Below the pieces are notes generated by a model. It did not search any database, was not told where the DNA came from, and saw nothing but the letters and a program-made list of their open reading frames with translations. Positions 1 through 7,800 of a stretch of DNA of 13,592 bases are shown in pieces; position 1 is the stretch's first letter, and every line of letters begins with the position of its first letter. A program made the translations under genes and the position numbers. The DNA comes from a candidate division WOR-3 bacterium. GTDB taxonomy: Bacteria; Hydrothermota; Hydrothermia; JBDRYB01. The stretch spans positions 1-13,592 of the forward strand of contig JBMFOM010000054.1 in the NCBI GenBank assembly GCA_049969615.1, written 5' to 3'.

Positions 1-92
1 TCCTCTCCTTCATACCCAGAGAATAAGGCAAGTGGTCAATCAGGGGCCAGCTAGAGGACAGCCGGGTGAAGGATCACATGATCGGACTTTAC

Positions 93-122
93 TTGATCCT
101 GCCCGGGGGGATGAGTTATAAT
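93..122 (+). promoter_or_regulatory. Putative sigma70 promoter for the SIMPL gene
   Basis: TTGATC (93-98), 18-bp spacer, perfect TATAAT (117-122); AGGAG RBS at 136-140, 8 nt before ATG 149. Confidence 0.6.
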
Positions 123-148
123 TTACGAAACCACTAGGAGTATGCAAG

Positions 149-1426
149 ATGAACCTATTAATAGCAACCATTCTGTTGTCAAACGGGGCTTCATCCTCTC
201 AGAGGACAATCTACCTCAATGTGATGGGAGAAGCCGCTGTTGAACCCGATATGGCTACGGTCTCTTTCACCGTGTCAGCGACAGCGAATTCGGCAAAATC
301 AGCCTACACCAAAGCTGAGAATAAGCTCGGCGATGTTCAGAAGAAGCTCAAGGGCGCGGGGGCCTCTGAGGCGACTGTTCAGAGCCTCTATGTCTCGCCC
401 CAGTATAGCTATGATGGCTCACAGCTTCTTGGCTACACCGTTAGCCTTACATGCAGTGCTGATATTCCGGATCTTTCCAAGATGGACAAAGCCATTGCCG
501 CGCTCTCCGGAGACAAGGATGTCGTTCTTTCTGGGGTGGGCTACGGGGTGAAGGATCCCTCGGCCGTGGTTGACAAGGCCATAACCGATGCCGCCGGAAG
601 GCTTGGTTCAAAGCTTGACGAGGTTAAAAGGCTCACCGGCATCAAAAACGCAATTCCATGGGTTGTGAGCCTTGAGGTCTATACCCCCAGCACTTCATAT
701 CAGGACTACTATTACTATGGCGGGTACGGTGTGAGCAACAGGGTTCAGGCGTATTTGTATATAACCTATCTCATAACTGACGATGCTGGCCCAGCGATTC
801 CGGATAGCCTACTAGCAATGTCAGCGATATCCTGCAGTGGTTGGGGCGAGGCGCCGGTCAAGCCCTCGGCGGCAGTTGCCTTCCTGAACATAACCGCCAC
901 AAAACCCACCGCGGCAGAGGCATATGCTGAGGCCGAGAAAACCCTCGGCGACCTCAAGAAGAAGCTTGGGAAGGATGTTGAGCTGTCAACGGTCTCGGTC
1001 TATACGACCCCTGAGTATGGCGCTGATGGAGTCAAGATACTGGCTTACACCGTGACCCGCTCGGTTCAGGTAAGGTCCGAGAACCTCAAAAAGACTGGCG
1101 AGATAATGGATGTAGCTACGGGCGTGGATGGCGTGGCCCTTTCCTCAATGTATTACGAGAACAAATCCTCGGATAAGGAGGAGTCTGAGGCGAGGGCAAA
1201 GGCCTTTGTCCAGGCCAAAGCCAGGGCCGGAAAGCTGGCGTCCGCAATGGGTTTGAAGCTGGGTGGGGTTAGCTATTTCTCCGAGAATGTGACTAAGCCC
1301 ATGACCGCGACCGGCGGATATTCCATGGCTCAGGCCGGCGGTGATCAAGAAGGCGAATCCGGTGTCTCGTATGGTTCCCTGACGACCTCGGTCAACCTTT
1401 ACCTGAGCTTTTCAATAAGGAGATAG
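149..1426 (+). CDS. Exported protein with two tandem SIMPL (DUF541/BP26/YggE-like) domains
   Basis: Two repeats of the SIMPL pattern: 'LNVMGEAAVEPDMATVSFTV...A..AY..AE....VSPQY....LLGYTV...LSGVGY...' and 'ISCSGWGEAPVKPSAAVAFLNI...AAEAYAEAE...TTPEY...ILAYTV...LSSMYY...ARAKAFVQAKARAGKLASAMGLKLG'; hydrophobic N-terminus; good RBS. Confidence 0.85.
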   Translation: MNLLIATILLSNGASSSQRTIYLNVMGEAAVEPDMATVSFTVSATANSAKSAYTKAENKLGDVQKKLKGAGASEATVQSLYVSPQYSYDGSQLLGYTVSLTCSADIPDLSKMDKAIAALSGDKDVVLSGVGYGVKDPSAVVDKAITDAAGRLGSKLDEVKRLTGIKNAIPWVVSLEVYTPSTSYQDYYYYGGYGVSNRVQAYLYITYLITDDAGPAIPDSLLAMSAISCSGWGEAPVKPSAAVAFLNITATKPTAAEAYAEAEKTLGDLKKKLGKDVELSTVSVYTTPEYGADGVKILAYTVTRSVQVRSENLKKTGEIMDVATGVDGVALSSMYYENKSSDKEESEARAKAFVQAKARAGKLASAMGLKLGGVSYFSENVTKPMTATGGYSMAQAGGDQEGESGVSYGSLTTSVNLYLSFSIRR

Positions 1427-1436
1427 GGATAGATTT

Positions 1437-1456
1437 AGCTGGCGTGAGCTGGCGTG
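1437..1456. repeat. 10-bp tandem direct repeat AGCTGGCGTG x2
   Basis: Exact duplication in the intergenic region, read directly from the sequence. Confidence 0.8.
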
Positions 1457-1527
1457 TCGTTTCCCCGGGGAACCAGGCCTCGGATTTTGATCCGAGAGGG
1501 GGTTTGGTTATGTAGGAAGCATAGAAG

Positions 1528-2343
1528 ATGCAAAGGTTCAAAGACCTTTTGTTTCCGGGGGCAATAGCCCTTACCCTCGCGTTTTCGTTGCTACTTACCA
1601 TCAAACACCCTGCCAACGCGCCCCTCGCGCTCAAATTCGGCTGGTCTTTCGCCGTATATTTTGCTGTTCCCCTCTCAGCGCTCGTTCTTCTTGACGCGAG
1701 AAGACGTTTTCTCCCGTATTTCCTGGGCGTTTTGGGTGCCATAGCGGTTATCGCTCCCCTTGCCACGCGAGCGTGGATTCCTGGCGGCAGGGCTTTCTTT
1801 TTTCTGCATCCGGAATACATGCTTGTTCCGGTTGGGCTCGGCGTCATCATCCTGTTGATTTCCGGAGGGGTTGGCAGGGTAAGTTTTGCAGACTGGGGAA
1901 TTGGCCTCGGAGACTGGCGCTGGTGGGTTCCCCGAACACTGATCCTCCTCCTCTGTATCATTCCCCTGGTCCTTCTCGCGGCATGGGCTTTTCCTGTTTT
2001 CAGGGATTATTATCCCATGTATGGCCCCGCGAGGGACAGCCTTTCCGAGCTCCTAAAATACCAGGGTGGAATGGGTTTCTACATGCTGGGCTGGGAGTTC
2101 CTGTTCAGGGGTTTTCTGCTCTTTGGTATTGCCAGAAAGGCTAATCAACACATCGCCGTCCTCTTCCAAACCATCCCGTTCTTTCTCATGCACGAGGGCA
2201 AGCCGGAACCGGAGATCATCTCCTCGTTTTTCGGGGCCATACTCCTGGGCTATTTCTGCATTAGGTCAAGGAGCTTTTGGCCCGCTTTTGCCCTGCATTG
2301 GGCCCTTAACCTAAGCGTGGAGATAGTGGGGTTTTTCTGGTGA
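1528..2343 (+). CDS. CPBP family (Abi / type II CAAX) intramembrane glutamic endopeptidase
   Basis: Polytopic membrane protein with motif 1 variant WEFLFRG, motif 2 FFLMH(EGKPEPE) and C-terminal HxxxN (LHWALN). Confidence 0.88.
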   Translation: MQRFKDLLFPGAIALTLAFSLLLTIKHPANAPLALKFGWSFAVYFAVPLSALVLLDARRRFLPYFLGVLGAIAVIAPLATRAWIPGGRAFFFLHPEYMLVPVGLGVIILLISGGVGRVSFADWGIGLGDWRWWVPRTLILLLCIIPLVLLAAWAFPVFRDYYPMYGPARDSLSELLKYQGGMGFYMLGWEFLFRGFLLFGIARKANQHIAVLFQTIPFFLMHEGKPEPEIISSFFGAILLGYFCIRSRSFWPAFALHWALNLSVEIVGFFW

Positions 2344-2392
2344 ATCAGGGCCTTCTTTCACTCGGAACCACCAACCGGAAAACATTTCTGGC

Positions 2393-3172
2393 GTGCGGGA
2401 GAGCATGCGCATAATCAGAAGCCTGGGCAATCGCATAGGGTTGTCCATACTGTTATTCCTGGCCTGCCAAAAGGGCGGCCGCTTGGTTGATCTCAGGAAA
2501 GGAATTGAAAAGGAACTCGGTCAGGGGGACACTGTTGCCGCGGCCTGCTCACTGCTCACAGCCCTGAATAACCCAGTGATGTCATCCTCGCTTGTGATGG
2601 GCGATGTTGGGGCGGATGACTTGGATTCCCTTTCGGTTGTTTTGGTCTCTTTTCTTTCCGCGTCAGGTTCCGCGAGCGCGGCCGCCGGAGACCTCCCGGA
2701 TTCATGGAACAAGGCCTACATCAGCTTGCGCATAACCGAGAGATACTGCGACCTCAAACCAGCGGTCGCGGCCAGGATGATTCCCCCGGCCCTTGCCGTG
2801 CTATCGGCCTCATCGCGGCTCAGCCTCAACAGGGCACAAGAGCTGGCCTCCCGTGGCGATACCTCCGTAGCCATAAAGACCCTGGATGATGCCATTGCCC
2901 GGCTTTCAACCCCTTTGCCTCACCTGGGCGCGAGCCAAGCCCTCGTGCCCCTGTTCCGGGAAAAGGCCGGGCTCTGTCTCGCTGTCGGCAAGCTCTCCGA
3001 GGGCATGACTGTGGCCGAGGCCGTTTCGGTCATGGGGCCGCCAACTGGCCATGACTCGGTCTACGCGGCCTTGTCCGGCGATTTCTACCTGATGCTCTCC
3101 TGGGACACGGTGGCCGCGCTAGTCAGACAGGATACGGTCTGGGAGATCGTGGATTCGGGTGCCTTCAAATAG
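2393..3172 (+). CDS. Hypothetical lipoprotein with helical/TPR-like middle and SmpA/BamE-like C-terminal motif
   Basis: Lipobox-like ILLFLA-C (Cys codon 2465-2467); C-terminal LSEGMTVAEAVSVMGPP resembles the L..GMT..EV...LG.P motif. The start is uncertain (GTG 2393, ATG 2405 or TTG 2441). Confidence 0.6.
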   Translation: MRESMRIIRSLGNRIGLSILLFLACQKGGRLVDLRKGIEKELGQGDTVAAACSLLTALNNPVMSSSLVMGDVGADDLDSLSVVLVSFLSASGSASAAAGDLPDSWNKAYISLRITERYCDLKPAVAARMIPPALAVLSASSRLSLNRAQELASRGDTSVAIKTLDDAIARLSTPLPHLGASQALVPLFREKAGLCLAVGKLSEGMTVAEAVSVMGPPTGHDSVYAALSGDFYLMLSWDTVAALVRQDTVWEIVDSGAFK

Positions 3173-3280
3173 GCTTATCGCACATTGAAACCCTGAAAAA
3201 TCCCGGTTTTCCTTTTGTTCCCGTCCGGGAGCCTCATCATAGCCGGAAGAGAATCCTGAGGAAATGCCCCCTTGACTTAC

Positions 3281-3310
3281 TTGCGCCGGCCAGAGGCCTT
3301 TCTCTATAAT
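3281..3310 (+). promoter_or_regulatory. Putative sigma70 promoter of the hdr-mvh operon
   Basis: TTGCGC (3281-3286), 18-bp spacer, TATAAT (3305-3310); AT-rich leader; AGGAG RBS at 3362-3366 before ATG 3375. Confidence 0.6.
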
Positions 3311-3333
3311 TTAGCTCCTTTTAGCTCCTTTTA
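3311..3333. repeat. 10-bp tandem direct repeat TTAGCTCCTT x2 plus a partial third copy (TTA)
   Basis: Exact duplication immediately downstream of the -10 hexamer. Confidence 0.8.
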
Positions 3334-3374
3334 AACAAGTGTTAGGTTAATAAAATCTTATAGGAGAAAGACCT

Positions 3375-3944
3375 ATGATACAGCAGGTCATCCGAACTCA
3401 AAAGGATGTTTCTCCGGGCTTTGTTGATGAGATTGCCGCGATGCCAGGCACAGAGGCTATCCGGGACTGTATCCAGTGCGGAACCTGTTCCGGCACATGC
3501 CCCGTGTCCATTTACATGGACTACATGCCGAGAAGGCTGGTAGCCCTGGCGAGGGAGAATCTCAAAAACGATGTGCTCGGGTCGCAAGCCATCTGGCTGT
3601 GCTCCTCCTGCTACGCATGCACTGCCCGCTGTCCCCAGAACATAAAGATAACGGACATCATGTATGCATTCAAGAGAAAGGCCCTGGTCTATAAATACTT
3701 CCCCCCAAAGTTTCCCACAGCTGTCTTGGCCAAGGAGTTCTTTGAGGCGGCCAGAAAGAATGGACGGGTATCCGACATAGCTGTTGCCATAAACCTTGTG
3801 ATGAAGACGAATCCATTCAAGGCGCTGAGTATGGCAAGCATCGGTATAAACCTGATGAGGACCGGACGTTTCCACCTGAAAGCTCAAAAAATAAAGGGTG
3901 CGAAGGAGCTCCAGACCATCGTGGACACCCTGATGGAGGGCTGA
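3375..3944 (+). CDS. hdrC: Heterodisulfide reductase subunit C (2x[4Fe-4S])
   Basis: CIQCGTCSGTCP and WLCSSCYACTARCP motifs; 189 aa; directly upstream of hdrB. Confidence 0.93.
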   Translation: MIQQVIRTQKDVSPGFVDEIAAMPGTEAIRDCIQCGTCSGTCPVSIYMDYMPRRLVALARENLKNDVLGSQAIWLCSSCYACTARCPQNIKITDIMYAFKRKALVYKYFPPKFPTAVLAKEFFEAARKNGRVSDIAVAINLVMKTNPFKALSMASIGINLMRTGRFHLKAQKIKGAKELQTIVDTLMEG

Positions 3945-3945
3945 G

Positions 3946-4815
3946 ATGCCTTTGAAATACGCTTACTATCCAGGCTGTTCTGTCAAGGGAACTGGAAAGC
4001 ACTATGAGCAATCCCTTCTAGCGGTTTTTCGTGTTCTCGGCATAGAGCTTGAAGAGATACCTGACTGGAATTGCTGTGGAGCAACAGCCTACATGGCCAT
4101 AGACGAGATGGCCGCTTTCGGAATGGCGGCCAGGAACCTGGCCATTGTTCAAAAGATGGGTTACGAGGAGGTTGTCGCGCCCTGCGCCGCGTGCTACCTT
4201 GGTCTCAAGAAGACTCAGAACTACATGCTGGAGTATCCGGACATAGCTGACAAGGTTGTCTCCGCTCTAGCAAAGGTTGGTCTGGAATATGATCCCGAGG
4301 CCAGGCTAGAGATAAAGCATCCCCTGGAGGTTTTGGTCAATGACTATGGCCTCAGCCAGATAAAAGCCAGGGCCACCAACCCCTTGACCAATCACAGGAT
4401 AGCTCCATACTATGGTTGTCAGCTGACCAGGCCATTTGACGACATTGACGATAGCTTTTACCCCACCATCATGGACAGGCTTTTCCTGGCCCTTGGCGCG
4501 GATGTGATCACAGATTTCTCACTGAAGACTAGGTGCTGTGGCGCGTCCCTGACCGGTACTATACCCGAGGTGGGCGTTCGCTTGTCCTGGCATCTTATAG
4601 CCGAGGCCCGGCGCCGTGGCGCGAATTATATAATCACCGCTTGTCCGCTCTGTCAGTTCAACATGGAATCCTTCCAGGACAGGATGAGCCAGTATAACGG
4701 CGGCAATCCCAGGTTCCCTATTCTTTACTTCACCCAAGCTATGGGTCTCGCGCTTGGCCTAAAAAAGAAAGAGCTAGGGTTTGCTCAGCTTATCTATTCC
4801 CCATCTAGTATATAA
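3946..4815 (+). CDS. hdrB: Heterodisulfide reductase subunit B (two CCG domains)
   Basis: YYPGCS...WNCCG...PCAACY and PYYGCQ...RCCG...ACPLCQFN; C-terminal PILYFTQAMGLALG. Confidence 0.95.
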   Translation: MPLKYAYYPGCSVKGTGKHYEQSLLAVFRVLGIELEEIPDWNCCGATAYMAIDEMAAFGMAARNLAIVQKMGYEEVVAPCAACYLGLKKTQNYMLEYPDIADKVVSALAKVGLEYDPEARLEIKHPLEVLVNDYGLSQIKARATNPLTNHRIAPYYGCQLTRPFDDIDDSFYPTIMDRLFLALGADVITDFSLKTRCCGASLTGTIPEVGVRLSWHLIAEARRRGANYIITACPLCQFNMESFQDRMSQYNGGNPRFPILYFTQAMGLALGLKKKELGFAQLIYSPSSI

Positions 4816-4827
4816 GGAGCGTGCGAT

Positions 4828-7800
4828 ATGAGCGATAAAGGAAACGGAAAACTTCCCCGAATAGGGGTTTATGTCTGCCACTGCGGGCTTAACATAGCGA
4901 ATGTGGTTGATGTTGAGGCAGTGGCCGAATTCGCTGGCAAATTGCCCGGCGTCGTGCTCTCAAAGACGTATAAATACATGTGTTCTGACCCCGGCCTTGA
5001 GATGATCAAGGCCGAGATCAAGGAGCACAACCTCGAGCGTGTCGTCGTGGCTTCCTGTTCGCCCCTCCTTCACGAGCACACCTTCCGCCAGGCTATTCAG
5101 GAAGGCGGCATCTTGAACCCTTACCTTTATACCCATGCCAACATCCGCGAACATGTATCCTGGGTCCACGCGTCCGAACCAGCCAAGGCCACCGAGAAGG
5201 CAAAGGCGCTGGTTGCCGCGGCAGTGCGCCGGGTTTCATCTCACAAGCCCCTTGAGCGCAAGAGGGTTGATGTTAATCCGGATGTCCTCGTGCTTGGTGG
5301 TGGCATAGCAGGGATTCATGCGTCCCTGGTTATGGCCGATAGCGGAAAGAAGGTCTATCTGGTTGAGCGTGAACCGAGCATCGGCGGCCACATGGCCAAG
5401 TTTGACAAAACCTTCCCAACCCTTGACTGCGCGGCTTGCATTTTGACTCCGAAGATGGCTCAGGTTGGAACGCATTCCAACATAGAGCTTCTGACCTATT
5501 CGGAGGTCAAATCGGTTGAGGGATATGTGGGAAACTTCAAGGTTAAGGTTCTAAAGAAGTCCCGGCACCTATACCTCAATAAATGCACAGCTTGTGGGGA
5601 ATGTGCGAAGGTCTGCCCAGTAGAGATTCCCTCTGGTTTTGATGAGGGCCTCGGCAAACGTAAGGCCACCTACAGGCCATTCCCCCAGGCTGTTCCGAAC
5701 AAGTATGTCATAGAGCGCCTTGGATACCCGCCCTGCCAGGCCGCTTGCCCCATTCATCAAAACGCCTACGGTTATATGATGATGGTTAAAGAGGGCAAGT
5801 TCGCCGAGGCCCTTGATGTGGTTCTGAGAGATAACCCCCTACCTTCCCTCTGCGGCTGGGTGTGCACTCACCCATGCACCGATGCTTGCACAAGGGGCAA
5901 GGTGGATGCTCCTCTAAACATGCCTGGTATAAAGAGATTTATAGCGGATCACGCCGGCGATTTTGTTCTTCCGATGCCTAAGGACCTGAAGGAGAACGGT
6001 AAAAAAGTAGCCATAGTTGGAGGTGGGCCTGCTGGGCTTACCGCGGCATACGAGATGAGGAAACGCGGCTATAAGGTTACCATATACGAAGCCGCGGATC
6101 TTCTCGGTGGTATGCCAGCTCTTACTATACCAGACTATCGCCTTCCCAAGGAAGTCCTCAAGAAGGATGTGGATAGGATAGTGGCCACTGGAGTTGAGGT
6201 TAAACTGAATACTGCCTTGGGTAAGGATATAACCCTTTCGGATCTGAGGAACTCTTACGATGCCGTATTTTTGGCTACGGGCGCACCAAAAGATAGGCGA
6301 CTTGGCGTTTCCGGCGAGGATAACAAATCGGTTATTCCCGGGCTTGATTTTCTTCTGCGCGTGAATTCTGGCAATAAGCCAGACATCGGTAAAAAGGTTG
6401 TCGTAATAGGTGGCGGCCTTGTGGCGGTTGATGTGGCTCGCACTGCTGTAAGGCTCGGGGCCGATGTGACCCTGGTATGTATAGAGAGCTGGGAGGAGAT
6501 GTTCGCTCGTCGCACTTCGGAGGGACGGAAAGAGGTCGATCAAATGATAGCGGAAGGGGTCGAGGTTCTCACGCGTTGGGGCCCCAAGGAATTCAAAACC
6601 AAAGGAGTGGAACTCAAATCGGTTCTCCGTGTTTTTGACGAGACCGGCAGATTCTCGCCCCAATACGATGAGAGCAAGACCCAGCTTATTCAGTGCGATA
6701 CCGCCATAGTTGCCATAGGCCAGTCTGTCCATTCCGAACTCTTTGCAAAAGAGGGCCTTGCTCTTACCAGCTGGGGCACATTGGATGTTGATCCCGTAAC
6801 CCTTCAGACCAACATAGATAACGTCTTTGCCGGGGGAGATATACTTGGTCCGGATGTGGTTGTCACGGCCATGATGGCCGGCAAGAAGGCCGCGGAGTCC
6901 ATAGATAGGTTTCTAAACGGCAAGAACCTATATGAAAACAGGGAGCTTGAGGGCCCGTTTGATGGTATTGCGAGAGCCATAGACTTTGATAGGGTTGAAA
7001 AGAAGCCTGCGATTCGCATGCCTGAGCGCGAGCCTTCTGTAAGAACCAGAGACTTTAACGATGTGCACTCCACGTATTCCCCCGAAGACGCTCAGAAAGA
7101 AGCATCAAGATGCCTTCAGTGTTCCATATGTTGTGACTGCCAGCTTTGTAAGCCCGCTTGTCCCGTGGATGGCTGTATAGATTACGATATTCCCGATGAG
7201 GAGATAGAGCTGAATGTGGGCGCGATTGTCGTGGCAACGGGTTTCAAGGCTTTTGATCCCAAACGCATCCCATCTTACGGATATGGGAGGTATCCTGAGG
7301 TCTATACTTCTCTTGAAATAGAACGTCTCGTGAACTCCTCTGGTCCCACCGAGGGTAAGTTGGTCATGAAAAACGGTCAGCCACCCAAATCAGTGGCAGT
7401 AGTCCACTGCGTCGGTTCCAGGGACAAGAACTACAACGAATACTGCTCACGGGTATGTTGCATGTATTCCCTGAAGCTTGCTCACCTGGTTCACGAGCGT
7501 ACAGGCGCGGAGGTCTATAACTTCTACATAGACATGCGAACACCCGGAAAGGGATACGAGGAGTTTTATCACAGGCTCCTTGACGAGGGGGTTCACTTCA
7601 TCCGCGGCAGGGTCGCAGAGATAACTGATTGGGCAGTAGAACCAGAAGAAAAGGGCAAGTTAGTAGTGCGAGTAGAGGACACCATGTCTGGAATCGTCAG
7701 GAGAATTCCGGTGGACATGGTTATCCTGTCTGTCGGCCTTGAGGCTCAGCCAGATGCCCAAGACCTAAGGCGTCTCCTGAACCTCTCTTGCTCCTCCGAG

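Noticed and set aside
1..13. Minus-strand ATG (13-11) as a gene start
   Set aside because: Only four codons visible and no RBS; the purine run is as likely to be an SD for an off-window gene.
1451..1475. GTTTCCCCGGGGAACC resembling a type I-E CRISPR repeat
   Set aside because: Single copy, no spacers, no cas genes.
1392..1961. 189-aa minus-strand ORF
   Set aside because: Overlaps the CPBP gene in antisense; low-complexity basic composition.
3201..3230. TCCCGG...CCGGGA inverted repeat as a terminator or riboswitch
   Set aside because: Short stem, long loop, no downstream U-tract and no recognisable aptamer.
3311..3330. AAGGAG SD-like copies on the minus strand
   Set aside because: No suitably spaced start codon or ORF follows.
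3336..3353. Possible Rex operator in the hdr leader
   Set aside because: Only the right half (TTAATAA) fits; the left half and spacing do not match TTGTGAA-N4-TTCACAA.
5914..6732. 272-aa antisense ORF within hdrA
   Set aside because: Shadow of a strongly conserved sense gene; no motifs.
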